This document shows positions 1-15,600 of a stretch of 53,272 nt of DNA, piece after piece (position 1 is the stretch's first letter; the number at the start of each line of letters is the position of its first letter). The notes under the pieces are model-generated. The model did no database searches. It saw only the letters and a list, made by a program, of their open reading frames with translations, and was not told the DNA's origin. Position numbers and translations under genes: made by a program. This DNA comes from Perkinsus olseni (taxonomy: Eukaryota), in NCBI GenBank assembly GCA_013115125.1, contig JABANN010000204.1, positions 1-53,272 of the forward strand, in the 5' to 3' direction.

Positions 1-149
1 TGGAATTGGGAAGACAGCGCCCTCAGCGATCTTGCGTAGGTCGAGGTATTGAGCGCTTCGCTGATTCCTCACACGAGCACTTTCGTGGCGCGTGACGGAA
101 TTTGCCTTTTCATTCGCACCTCCCGACTCAACTGTTTTTCCTTTCGAGA

Positions 150-2716
<2,567 letters not shown>

Positions 2717-3125
2717 TGTTTTTATGGTATAGATGTTGGAGAGTCTTTGCAGTCCAGCTCAACGCGGAATGCGAGGATGACTGTTTTCTGTAGTAGGTGT
2801 AGTTTTTTAGGGTGCGGAACATGTGTGTGGGGATCATCTTTCTTGGTAGTTTTCGGTTTCAATCAGCTTGGGTTCTTGTGTTCTGGCCTGGTCTTTGATG
2901 GTGATGCGAGAATGAGAATCAATTAGGGTAGTAATGCCAATTAAATTGGCCAACACGATTCGATTAAGATGATGATGGTTTTAATGAGGCGAAGGGGTTG
3001 TTACGCTGAGTATGAGTTGGTACTTTCTCACTTTCTCCTTTCCCTCGATCATCAGAGGATTTCAATCGGTTTCAGCCCTCAGCACTCGCCCTGTTGTCTC
3101 AGTTGTTTAGCACTTCCTCTTCCCC

Positions 3126-5385
3126 ATGAGCATGTCGATTTTCGGCGAAGTCACTTCTGATTCTACTTGGGTGAGTTGGACGACCTATTGCGTCCCCTCT
3201 TATTTTGTTCGCGAGTATTTGCCGTTGGAAATACTGCTGGGCAAGTGAGTATTTTATTTTGCGTCTTTTTAGTTAATAGCAATCGCGGTATTGCTGGGCC
3301 TCGCGGTTCTGATCGAGCAAGTCTTGTACGACACTTTCTACAAGAAAATTGCTAACTATAGGACAGGCGAAATGAGGAGGAAAATTGTCCCTGCTAATTT
3401 CAACGCCCATCCTCACGCCCTTCAAGGTAGTGGTTGGTGTTGGAAGCCGGGATCGAACCGGGGACCTTTTGATTGCAGGTTTACTGCCTGAGCTAAGCCC
3501 TGCTTCACCTTTGAAAGGGACTGCTGGGCTTTATTCTTTGAAGTCCACTGGCGACAAGATATTCTGGGAGTAAGTTTATTCGACCGAGCTTCTCGCTGCA
3601 GATAAACACGCATTCAAAGTCCTCGAGAGAGCACAGAAAACTCTTGAAATTGTCGTAAAATTTTGCATTTTTCAAAGTAATTCTTACAACAGAATCTCGG
3701 CAATCTTTCGTGTGATTTCAGTATTATGTACTCTTTTTCAGGACCTTCGTTCCAACCGGTGTTGCCCACCCTAAGGGAGTGATCGTCTTATGCCATGGTT
3801 ATGCTGACCACTCGGGCTTCCACATATTCAATGACGCTCGCATGTTCTGCGAGAAGGAGAAATACGCGTGCGTGCTGTTCGATCAGGTTATACCAAAATT
3901 TCGTGAAATCGTGACTTACACTACTCGCTTCAGGTCGGCTCAGGGCGCTCGGACGGTCTTCAGGCATATGTCGATGACTGGTTCAAATACTGCCAACTCG
4001 CCAAGGAGTTCATCGATGAATTTGTAGGCTCCTGGGATTGAACCCGCGACCTCGGTTGATTGCCCGTCGATGCAGGTTCTGGGAAGTTTTGTACCATCTC
4101 TAGCGGAGCGAAGCCAGCATTTGCCATTTTATGGTTACGGCCATTCGATGGGGGGTGGCCTCGTAGCATCGCTGTCTATTCTGCATCCCACTTTATTCGA
4201 TGGAATTATTCTCCAAAGCCCGATGTTGAAGGTGAGAAATCGATCGTCCGGGCGTGCGCTTTTCACATGACGGTGTGTTAGATACCTCAAAGTATGCATC
4301 CTTCTTGGATTGTTGAGGAGTTGCTGAGAGGTCTTGCTAGGGTTGCTCCCAAGGCCCCCATAGTAGGGATAATTTACGGAAAAGTTGGTATGAGTGCATG
4401 CACGCTTGTTTCAGGTTCCGACGAAGAATCTAGGCGAGGTCATGTACCATCATAAGGATGCGGTTCACTATTCTGCCAAGTACAATCTTTTGGTGTACCG
4501 CGGGAAGCCTCGTCTGCGTACGGCCCTTAGCTTACTACAGGGACAGGTAATATAATGGATGGAGCAGGGATCGAACCCGGGCCTCTTGCTACGCCCTAGT
4601 GGCTAAAAAATTTTCACACTTTTTGTCATTGGCGTTACTCTTGCCGAAAGTGGAGCTTCCGCCTGATGGGTTTTCTGTTTCCGGATTGTCGATGGCGTAG
4701 CGGGTCTATTCTTGCGAGCTCGTTCGCGTTAGTAGCCGTCGAGCTCCACATGAGGCCAATCTCAAATGCAGAGAGAGGGCTTCTCACGTCAGCCTTTCGA
4801 TCAGGATTTCGTCAGCGCAAATTTCAAGTCTGTGACGACACCTTTTATTGTGTGCCACGGAGCAGCTGACGAGATCACCGATCCTCACGCGGATGTCGAA
4901 TTGTAGGGAAAGGGGCGGGGTCATTGGCAGGCAGGTTGACAGAGTTTGTGCTCCCATGTCTCCGTACAATGAGCGCACTCTGAAGTTGGTGAAGGTGGTG
5001 ACAGGGCAGTCTACGTGTCTGTTAATGTCGTGCACAACCTCTGGATTCCTTTACCTTCGGCCTCCTCGTTATTGGATCATTACTAGAGCGGCGATGACAT
5101 TTTTTCACTTTATTGTAGGTACAATGAATCGCCAGCTCAGAGCAGGTCGCGAGTTTGCCTGTATCCGGGTCTGAGGCACTACATTACGGGCATGCAGGAG
5201 CCGGAGGAAACTCAGAAGGTCATAATGGAAGGGGCATGGTTATTGATGGCGGGCTTTAGAGTTCTCGCGCGCCACGAAGTTATATTTGTGGTAACTTTGG
5301 GAGTGTTTGGTAGGTGTTCAACGACATGTTCGATTGGATTGACAATCGGACTGAGGAGGTGAATAAGGAGTACAAGCAAGAGTGA
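3126..5385 (+). CDS. Alpha/beta hydrolase, monoacylglycerol lipase/lysophospholipase-like (Hydrolase_4), multi-exon
   Basis: Exons carry VIVLCHGYADH, FDQ|VGSGRSDGLQAYV, the nucleophile elbow YGYGHSMGGG, GIILQSPML, PRLRTALSL, CVCHGAADEITDP, YPGLRHYITG and VFNDMFDWID...KQE*. Confidence 0.9.
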
Positions 5386-5758
5386 AATCTTGCAATCTTG
5401 TTACTTCTTGCAAACACTTAACGCAAGCATGGATTCTGTTCTGTTCCTGTGTGTACGACGTTCCTTTCTGCCACTTGGTGGCGTATCGCAATTTGTGTAT
5501 CGTGAAGCTCTCCTCTAGCGGAGCGAAGCGTTTGTCGTTGTTGAAGATTTGTCTTGCTACTGAAATACCGTGCGGAGATGCGCCGCTTGTTTGTCACGTA
5601 CTCATCCTGGGTTTCGTTGAGAGGTTCTGGTGATGTTGAGTTATATCACAGCCGTCTTAGTAGAGAGGAGGATCTTTGTTCTCCGATAGTTCAGGAGCTG
5701 GCTAGAATTTCCACATTCCGTTGAAGCGAAGAGACCATAGGCAGCAGTTTGTTTAAAT

Positions 5759-8700
5759 ATGACAACAGAAGGTGAAATTGAAGGAGAAATCGTCAGCGAC
5801 CGTCCTGCGTTACCTAAGGAGATGGACGCATTCTACTGGACAGGTTTTGGTGGTCCTGAGGTTTGCAAGGTGATAGCAATGGGCGTGGGAAGGTGACTGG
5901 AAGGTTGGGAATGTCTTCGAGTAATAGGTTTTCTTGACGCTACTAACTTCCGTTAAGGCTCTTGTCAGAAGAGTGTGGCAACTGAGAGCGTACGTGGAAA
6001 TAACTGATGGCACTGATTGACAGGAGTGTGCATGGGTTGAATATGCCCAGTTCGAGTTGTCGTTGGTTCGGATTCGGTACATGTTAGGGTGTCATTTTGC
6101 AGGTTGGGAAGCTCCCGCTGCCAGGCTCGCCGGGTCCTCATCAGCTTTTGGTAGTAGCTGTATGATTTGGGAGAAAGTTGGTATGGTTTGGTGTGCAGGT
6201 GAAAGTACATTATGCGTCCCTGAATCCGGCAGATTATCAGCAGCGTAAAGGCGAAGCGAAGCACCTTTTGAAGTACAAGTTTCCGAAAGTACTACAGTCG
6301 TTCGACTCGCCCGCTTCGTAATCTCTTTGCTTTTCGTTTTTCCCTCGGATGAAAGATACTGTGTCGAGCTGTGGCGGAGCGAATCGTTCTTGGTAGGTAT
6401 TCGGATTCGACTTCTCAGGGGACGTTGTGGAGGTGGGAAACGAAGTAAAAGATTTCAAAATCGGCGAAGAGGTGAGGTTATTAGCGCTCGCCCGCGTGAC
6501 CGATTTTCCGTCTAATTGATAGTCTGCTAGGTTTTCGGTATGGTGGCTGGTGTCAGGACAGGGACGGCCGCGGAATATGTGAGTTGAGGAAATGTAAGTA
6601 TCGTTAAGATTGCAAGATTTGTTAGGTTCTAGTTGATGATTATGTTTGTGCGTTGAAGCCAGCGGAGATTCCTCACCATTTGGCCGCAGCAGTGCCGTTG
6701 GTGGGGATAACGGCTGAGAAGGCTTTGAAGAAGTGCAAAATTAACGACATGCATCGGGTAGTAGGCGTAGGGAAGGGTTGTTGGAATTTTTACAGCGTAT
6801 CTGAGGTCGACTCTGGCGGAATCCAAAAGGACTTTGGTACATACGGCTACGAACAGTTATTATCAAGAGCTTGTTCGAAGAAGTCATTAGTTTTAGAATT
6901 GCAGTGGGAGAGGTTGATTCGCTGCAATCCTCCGACGAGTTTTGCGAGAAGTGCTTTACTGTGCATCGCTTGAGCTGGATCTGAGCGCACTGAGAGGAGT
7001 GGCTGCGCACTCTTCTTGCCGCGGCAAGTGCTGACGGGAAATGCCGTCTATCGCTTCGAATGGAGTGTAGTTCACCGGACAGCACTCCCATCGGTGCTCG
7101 AAATCTTTCTCTGGTCTCCGTGCACTCCTGCGCGAAAAATAGAACATGGCCGGTTCGACCGTCGTTTCCCTTCTACAAAATGGGCGCATACCATAACATC
7201 CCCAAATTCCCTTGGAAAGCTGTTGCTGCTCAGCCGCCGTATGCTTAGCAATATGATGAACGAAACGCCCTAGAATGATACCGAATTTGACGACCTCTCA
7301 CGAAGGGGGGTTTCAAACCTCGCACGTCCGGCAATTCCCCCATAGTGATTTCAAAGGTGGAAAAGTTGATGTGTTCACGTCGGGAGCTACTATCACAAGG
7401 ACTAGATATGAGGATAGGTTTCGTGTGCATAGCAAGCTGGCACGTACAGTAACGAGGCTTTGGCACGACAAAGGACGTGAACGGGCCAGAAAACGCGTTG
7501 CGGACCTTCCTATGGTCTCAGTGCTATAGGGCGCTGTAGAGTGCGAGCGGGGCCGGGAGTTTCCATGTGAACTTAAGACAGAGCGAGAAGAATGCTCGAG
7601 AGACGAACTCGAGGTCGTTGCTGAGAACAGCTTTCCCGAATTCATTCTTCCGGAGGGATGACGGAGAAGCCGTCTGGTGGCGCATGTTAATATTATCAGG
7701 TTCTTATCACAGGAGGCTCCGGCGGGGTCGGGTCGATAGCGGTACAGCTGTGCAAGGCGGAGTTCGGCATTGAGTGGGTGGCCACTACCAGCAGTGAGGA
7801 GAGTCGAGGCTTGGTGGAAAGCTTCGGCGCTGACGAGGTAAGTTTGGTTGCTGATGATGAGGAGTCCAGTCGACCTTTCGTTCTGAGAAGTTATTCGTGT
7901 ACAGTTTTTCATCGCTTCAACAGCTCTGGCTCGTGAGAGACCACCGGGGGTCGTTTTTCAGCCGAACGCGATTGAACAGAGGCGGTTGAGAATTGCGAGC
8001 CTTCCCAAGGTTGGAGTGGTGTTCAGGTCTTTGACTATGAATGTAACGACCGGCGCTGGGCCGAGCAGTTCGACAGCGGCACATGGCGGCATGTTTATGA
8101 TGTAGTATTCGACACTCAGGGCGACTCCAAGCAGGCTGTTCTGTTGCTGGGAGGTGAGACTTAGGAGGGGGGATGGTAGTAGTGAGAGGTGGGTCATTTC
8201 ACTCGAAGTCAATGTTGCCATAGCGGATAGACTTTCTTTTTTCTCGCCACAAACACCGTGGCGAGGAGACGGTTCCGTACTCGAAGGAAACCTCTCCCTG
8301 AGAGGGCATACTGGCATACCGACTCGGTATTACCGAGTCTCTCTCCGAGAGAAATTGGAGAGAGACTCTCTCCGATTTCCTTGCCATTTCTTTCCGATTT
8401 CTTACTGATTTCTTTCTCGTTACTTCGCGTTCCTTTCGTCCTTCTCCAACAGCTCCGCGGTGATGGCTACGTTATTTGGGAGAGGAAGAATGAGTCTAGT
8501 GTGATATAAATCGTTATTCTGTTTAGATAGCACCGACGGGGAAGGCCCAAAAGATGCAGGTGGGATGGTATCAATTGTGGATGGTCCAAGTGCCGAGGCT
8601 GCACTTGAATGGCTTAAAGAGTCTGGCACGGAGGTGAGCATTGAGGAAATGCAAGATTGCAAGATTTCTGGAATTCTTGTGGTGCTTTTTTTCAGCCAAA

Positions 8701-9544
8701 GCATTCATACATCACCTCATTTTTGGAGAACTTCTCGTGGCTGTGGGATTCGGTGAATGGCGTGCGATCGATGCGGAAGAAGGCGAAGGGCAAGTGAGTA
8801 GCGCTCGCCCTTTCGATCGATTTGTACTTGAGATGTTCTTATTTTGCAAGGTATTGGACTGTGATCGGAACTGGCGACGGTGACGCGTGTCGGCGGCTGG
8901 CGACCATGCTTGAGTCGAAAAGTATCGTTCCTCACATCGATGGAGTGTAGGTAGCTGTCTTTCGTACACTTGTAGTATTTGCAAAATCCTCGATGAAGCT
9001 CTCGCTCGCCCTGCATATGATTCGAGCGCTTTGTGATTTTCCGGGGATGTCAGGTACCCGTTGGCCCAAGCAAAGGACGCTTTAGCGAGGGTTGAGAGCG
9101 GTCGGGCGAAGGGAAAGGTTTTGATAGAAGTAAGGTTCGATGACTTTTCATTTGGGCATGAAATCGCTCACTCTGATGGAGCGGGCTAGGGGCTCCTATC
9201 CTCTGCTCCAGGGTTTGATGTTGTCTACGGGTTGTTCGTGTTGTTAGGTCATTCCCGATGCGAAGGCGACTTTTGTTGAGACAGATGCCTCGATGGAAGC
9301 GGTTGAAGGGTCGAGTGAGCCTCAGGCTAGCTCCCCGGCTGAGGAGAGGGTAGAGGTTGCCAAGGAGGCTGCGATGGAGGCCGAAGAAGCGGTGAAGAAG
9401 TCGGAGGTTGAAGCGAAGACTTCGAAAGAAGCTGCTCAGACGGGATTGAAAGATGCCGCTGAGGGAGTTTCCAACGCTGAGGCTGCCGCTGAGGAAGCGG
9501 AGAGCGCGGGAGCGGCAGTTGAACGGCGGGAAGAGCGGCTTTAG
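5759..9544 (+). CDS. Zn-independent MDR/NADPH:quinone oxidoreductase-like protein with acidic Ala/Glu tail; central segment apparently missing
   Basis: VKVHYASLNPADYQQRKG, GFDFSGDVVEVGNEVKDFKIGEEVFGM, GTAAEYV, AAAVPLVGITA, then after a 1.7-kb intron GGMVSIV...IVPHIDGVYPLAQAKDALARVESGRAKGKVLIEV. These are typical MDR N- and C-terminal motifs. Confidence 0.85.
7245..8317 (-). pseudogene. Decayed antisense ORF of unknown function inside the MDR-gene intron
   Basis: ORFs 8317-7958 and 7912-7313 are in the same frame, separated by one TGA plus 15 open codons. Protein-like sequence continues in another frame (KAVLSNDLEFVSRAFFSLCLKFTWKLP). No family was recognised. Confidence 0.35.
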
Positions 9545-10382
9545 ATGTCATCGAACGATGTATTTACTGACATTCACAGGCAGATGTTCGGGCCCTGAGT
9601 TTCTTTATTTGTTGGAGTTGTCGCGTTGTGAAAGGTAGTGGGCGGAGAGCAGAGACAGTTGACGAGGGGGGATTGATGTTGTTGAGCTTCTCTCTCTGTT
9701 TATATGATGATCTCCTCGGTGCAGCTGCTCACGGGGGTTGTCGCGCTACTTAACGGGTGAGTTAAATGGTATCTAGTGTGGGACTTGAATCTGAGCCTTT
9801 CGGATAGTGAGGTTTGGCGGTGGCTCTCCCGAGCTCGACTGTGTGCCTTGGCGGTTAGTCGTCTCTCAGGTTCTCGATGGCGGCGGCGAGTAACCCTCAG
9901 GGCATGTACGCGAAATATTTCCGGCGGATGGAGAAGGTCAAGAAGGCACATGATGCCAGTCTGAGGTGAGCTTGAAGGAAGGATTCGGTGGAAGAGTCCA
10001 CTGAGCAGTGTGTCAGGACTTTGCAAGCCCGAAGCGCCAATCGGGCTGGATCTCACTACGCGATGCAAGTGGTGGCCTGCTCCGGTGTTAATTGCGATAA
10101 GTTCGACAGGGAAGAATGGCGAGGGGATTTCCGAGGCAAGGTGAATCAAGATTACAAGTAGGTGGCCGCCGCTTATGGGTGGGCCTTCCGGATTCGCCTC
10201 TTGTGCGCGGCCAGCGGGGTCGTGTATGAGCTGTTGTTCCTCGGAATCGCTGCCGGCGAGTCGCCGGTTGTGGAATTCTGCAGTTTCTTTTCTTCAAAGA
10301 AATTCTTATTTGTTTTCTATGCTCGTTAAAACTCTATTTTTTCTTATCGGTTGAATTATCTACTTCTCAATCGTCAATTCCG

Positions 10383-11555
10383 ATGAATTCCATCGCAACA
10401 GGGATTCAAGCCTGCTGGTCCTCTGCTCGCGTCCGTTCGAGTCGTCTCGTCATGAGTCGCGGTGGCAGATTGTCCTTCACCAAAGGCGGTATGTGCTGCC
10501 GTACAGAGTCCTTTACTTTCCAAAACGACGCGTTCGTGAGGACAGACTGCGCTCAGTGCGAGCGCGGCGGCACTGGTCCTAGCGATATGACCGAGTTCAA
10601 GGCTCACCCGGGCACTAAAAAATACATGTATGAAAGTTCGAAAGTCTATGACCTTGATGGGGCTTACACGAAGTCCATCGTGAAGAACACAATTTGGTCT
10701 TCGGAGGTGATGAACTAGCTTGGCCTGAGTGCTCTTTGTACTGTGCCATGTATGTTGGTCGATTTGGCGATGTCTTTGTCGTTGAACTTGTTGTGTGCTC
10801 TGAATTCCCGAAGGCTCCAGCTGGTTTTCAGCATCAAATCCGTACCAATGCGAGCCGCTCACGAGCCACTGTGCATCCTCCTTTCTACTACCACCATCTG
10901 TGTTGCTGTAAGAAGAACTTACACAGGGCTTGGTGGTCGCGAGGGAGGTGTGAGGTTCGCCGTTGATTATGATGCCGAATTGGAGAACCCAAGTCTTGAG
11001 CTCACGTACGCCTGCGGTGGGAAAGGCGGATACGTCAGGTTGACGCAGTTTGATGAGGTCTTCGAGAGAGATTTTGATTCGGACGATAGCGACGACGAAG
11101 CCGCCCTTGGTTACCTCGTAGACTCCCAAATTCAGAAGAACAGTCTCTTACAGAAACTACGCAGCTTTACAAAGCGAAGATCTGCTCACATGGAGCAGCT
11201 TGAAAGCACTGAGAATGATACCAGAGAAGACCGGGGTCATCGCCAATTTTTTTACGAACCTTGGGGTATGGGGATTAGTATATACGATATGCGAGACGTT
11301 GATGAAGAGGAGCAACCCGATGGTGCCTCGGACGATAAGAAAAAGGTGGACACGAGACTGCGCTTCACGCCAGTTAGTGAGTCTACTGAGGAACAAGTTA
11401 TGAAGAAGTTCAACGAAACGTGCGGGGAGAAGTACGGCCAGATTGGAGACGATGCCGTCCTGCTTCTACTGCCAAAAGTGACTGATGACCTCTTATACTT
11501 GAGCTTTTTAGGCAAGGTTTCGGTCTTGGCCAGAGGTGAGTCATTCGCTGGGTAG
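10383..11555 (+). CDS. Hypothetical protein, probably spliced and lineage-specific
   Basis: A 270-codon open frame (10743-11555) with protein-like composition (VRFAVDYDAELENPSLELTYACGGKGGYVRLTQFDEVFERDFDSDD...), plus an upstream ORF at 10383. Exon structure is uncertain. Confidence 0.5.
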
Positions 11556-12252
11556 GGCACTTCAAGGTTATAGAGTGAATACAAAGTTCCCAATTTTCAA
11601 AAAATTGACAATTTTGAAAATTTTCATTCATTTTTCATGGGCAGCGGTGTTGTTGTTGCTGGCAGCAGCTTGCTGCCGCTCAGTTGACCGCAACGCAGAC
11701 TGAGAATTACTGGAGGACATAATAAATTATTATTACACTTGTAGTTTCTTGAGTTTTCCTAATTATTATTAATGATTAGGAAAACTCGATGAGTAATTAA
11801 GAAAGTACAAGTGTGATGAGTAATTAGTGAGTTATGATGAAACGGTTTCTAGCGAAACGCTAGAAGACGAAACGCTTTGTGCACGCGTGCTGCACAAAGT
11901 TTAATTGTCGCGCTCGGCGCCACGGAACAACTGTCCCAATCACTGGTGGGATTGGCTCCGGACATCGGTCTCGTAGCTATTGGCAACCTATTATGCGTTC
12001 TGCCATATTGAGCTCTTGGCACAATGGCAAATTGTGTCATCGTGTCTCCACTAGTCTCCACTCGCTCCTTAGTCGTCATGAGCTTTATCACACTGGCCTT
12101 TTGATCAGTCATTGGTGGGTGCAAATCTCTAAAATTTTCATACCACTCCTCCGTGAATTCGCGCCATGCTTATTGGAATTCCTCACATAACGAGCATCAA
12201 CTGATCGCTGGGTGTTTCAGGGCAAGCTCCTTTCCCTGTAGGGAGATTTTAC

Positions 12253-12639
12253 TTGGATGGTAACGAGGGAGTGACGTTCCGTGGCGAAGGGGGCCCGGAG
12301 TCGACCATCACGCTTGGTGAAAGGGGAATGAAAACTGTCGTCAGCTTGAGTCCGTGGACGAATGCTGATACGAACGATAGGCTTATCAACGAGCTGGCTC
12401 GAGATGCGCTAAGGAATGTTTCTGTTTTCCGGGAACCTTGGAGGGCCTTCCTGAGGGAGTATGGCAGGCTGTTTAATAATGGTACAACGCCGGACTCCGA
12501 TAGTTTTATGGAGTTCTCCTGGAGAGAGGAGGATGATACCTGGGTCACCAAGGTCGATCGCGATGAAAGACGACTGGTTAGAATGCCCGCCCGCCCTCCC
12601 ACTTCTAAGAGGGTTCGACAGATTCCCCTATCTTTGTAG
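12253..12639 (+). CDS. Hypothetical protein exon
   Basis: 128-codon ORF with protein-like sequence (RLINELARDALRNVSVFREPWRAFLREYG), flanked by possible splice signals. No known motif. Confidence 0.35.
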   Translation: MDGNEGVTFRGEGGPESTITLGERGMKTVVSLSPWTNADTNDRLINELARDALRNVSVFREPWRAFLREYGRLFNNGTTPDSDSFMEFSWREEDDTWVTKVDRDERRLVRMPARPPTSKRVRQIPLSL

Positions 12640-15600
12640 GTCAGTAGTGTCTAAGAACGAACAGAGAGCTGTCACTTCTCGTTCTATGGCGACGTGAAAG
12701 AGTTTTCTTGTTTTCTTTGTGTGACGATGTGTTGTTTAGGACCATGTCTATGATTTTACCCATTCCCCGTGGTCCCGTCTTTTCAATCTGGCGGGAACCA
12801 CCAAGTGCCGACTGTGATCGTGTCGATGTACGTACGACCGATGGCATCGCTCATGATGTGCCGTCACAGCCCGCATTTCCGGGGTGATACGTGAACGTTG
12901 AAGCCCCCATCGGGTTTTCTCGGTGCCCGCCTGGAACGGCTGACACTCTAAGGAACGCAGATGATATACAACTTTACTATGCAGTGGAATGCGGAGTACC
13001 ATGGTTATGTTCGGGATATCAGAAAACTGGAGACGTTCCGAGGATCCGTCGTACTCGTCGGACGGGCTGCGGTGTGATGCACTGTCTCGACTTGAGTCAA
13101 GTCACTTGACTTGACCGCTGCAGCACTGTCGATCATCTGGGGTACTGGATGAGATAAAGGAAGCTTCTGTGCTAGGCAAGCTTTTTGATATCTATCTGAT
13201 TGCCCAGCATGCCAACGCTACAGAGAGTCTCCAACTGAGCACATCGGCAAGAGTCTAAGCCGGAACCGTAAGCGTTGGACTATAAACTCACATACACGAG
13301 GAATCGGTGTACCGGTCGTTATTGGTGTTAAATATGACGGGGTTTTTCTGCGGACTGGATGCCTTCTGGTTGCCACTTAGCTGGCATTTTTCTAGCGAAG
13401 GACAGCATGTGCACTACCGCACCGCCAACGAGACCGTCATGGGAGGACTTCAATGGAATTCTTGATAACATCACTCGGACGAATGCGAGGAAGTTGACGA
13501 CAGAGAAGCCGAAGCAACTTGTAAGGAAGGCGATCGAGTTGGCTGCGTGGAAGCCACCAGCAAGGGAGGCACCACTACTAGCGTGAAAACGGGCACTTGT
13601 TAATCGACGGTCGCAGATTTCAGTGTCGACTGAAATTTGCCGTCGTCCTTTAGGGTGAACAGAAGTAACCCTGTTGGAATTTGTATTGAAATAAGTGGGA
13701 AGCGGACTGACCGACTTGGAAGCTCGCGCAATGCCTCGTTGCAGCGATGTAGTGGTAGAACGCAACATAAGTAGATTGGGCTCACAGTGAACGAGACAGA
13801 GTAGAGAGTAGTCCAAAGAATTGCTGTTGGTGATGGGGCCCTAGTACGATCGAGCTAGGGCGCTCCTTGAGACCGACTCATTGGGAACACAACTTTCTGA
13901 TCCAACTTTCAATTGCCGTATTTTGTCTATTGCCAGTTTCCACTTGGCTTCTCTAGAATCAGCGGACTGGAATTAACAGCACAGGTAAATTGTGTTAGGT
14001 ACTTCCTCGAGCGTTCGAGGAGCTTCTGACCAGGAAGCAGTCGGAGCCTCCACAGAGGGTTGACGACGACTTAGTCGTGCGGAAGGCCTTTGTGGGAGCG
14101 CTACGGCAAAATGGGGGAGGCAAGACGAATACGAAGCAGAAGAGAAAATTAAATTCAATTGGTGTGCTTTCAGAATTTCAACCGCCGCAATATTTGCGCG
14201 GAAAAGTCCTCGACGTTTGGACTGCACAGCGATGTGTGATGCCACTGAGGAGCTATGAGAAACACGTGCAAGGGCCGGGGGGAAAACGGTAGGTAAACAG
14301 ACTTCTTAACACACCTGACGCGTTCATACCAAAAATTCGCTAACGAGTAGAAGAACAAGCGACGAGGCACCGTACCAGCAGATGAGTGATTCAACCGTTA
14401 TCTTCATAACTCATCTCGAATTCGCATCCTGTGGAGTATTTCGGGACTTATTTTTATGCGCTGCGGTGAATAGGGGAATCCAAGGTTGATGATGGTCAGA
14501 CACCGAGGATACCAGTTTGATGCTCACCCCCGAGAGTTTGGACCGGCCGATCCCCGGAAGAGCGCCTCTGCTGAATTTAATAAGTATCTGGACCGGCATC
14601 TGGAGAACACACTGCGTTCGATGTACCCGCGGTATTTTGAACAGAAGGTAAGATCAAAATTCGGTTGTGGTCGTGAAAGTAGCATAAACCTGATCGAACA
14701 CACTGAGGAGTGTGAGAGTGGAGCTAGTTCGAGCTCAGTTCGATCGTGTTCCGTACCCAAGGCGATTGGTGATAGGGCACAGCCGCCGCAGTTGTGGCAT
14801 CAGATTTTAGCTAGAGAAGAGAAAGTTGATCACCCTGTGAGACAGCTGAGTCCGCAGTTTCCTTTAAAATCGATACAACACTAGTATGCAACTTATCGGA
14901 GGAAATATTGTCCAACGGGAAAAATATAGACAAACAAAAGATTGCTATCAGCGGTTGAAGGAATGGGACAGAGAGCACATAACGATTGGGCATTACAAAT
15001 GTTCACTGTCTTACACCTATCCTACTCTCGTGTCTGAGAGCTACATTCCTGGTTGATGGAACTGCTTGAATCAATCCCTCTTAGTAGCTGGCTTTCTGGC
15101 TTTCTCTGAGTAGCCGCTTTTTAGTAGTGGCGCCTGACTTGAAACTCGCACACAAGTCCTCGGAGCTTCTCGCCCAGGTTGATAGATGGTACTTTATCTT
15201 CTTCAGCGACGAGAAAACGAAAGATCAGCGGCCAAGGCTCGGCGAATAGCAGCCCTCCGTCGTGAACTCGAGGCGCAGGAGACAGCGCTCACGCCCCGGA
15301 GTGGCAGCGAAGTAGCAGACGCCAGGCCGCTGGATCGATCAACTGCAGAACCCTTTTCAGGTGAACTCTGTTCCTGTACCGCCCTCGAGAGTGAAGGTGA
15401 AGCTGACTGGTCGAGTGCATCACCTTCACCCGTTTGCGTAAGTTAGGGCGAACCACTGCTTATCGACGGCTTCGCGGTGTGTTGCCGGATTGTTTGGCGT
15501 GACTCGGCAAAGAGCGTTCATACGTGGAGATCACAACTCGCGAAGTGCATTTCACTTGTTGACGAGCTCGAGACGACCAGTCACGCGTAATTGCTACAAG

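Noticed and set aside
3440-3500. Functional tRNA-Cys gene on the minus strand
   Set aside because: The D-arm and anticodon stem are shortened, the acceptor stem does not pair, and it overlaps an exon. Kept only as a tRNA-like fragment.
7958-7960. In-frame TGA as selenocysteine
   Set aside because: There is no redox motif or recognisable SECIS, and further frameshifts and stops downstream indicate decay.
10374-11129. 251-aa minus-strand ORF
   Set aside because: It is an antisense shadow of the more protein-like plus-strand ORF and has no motifs.
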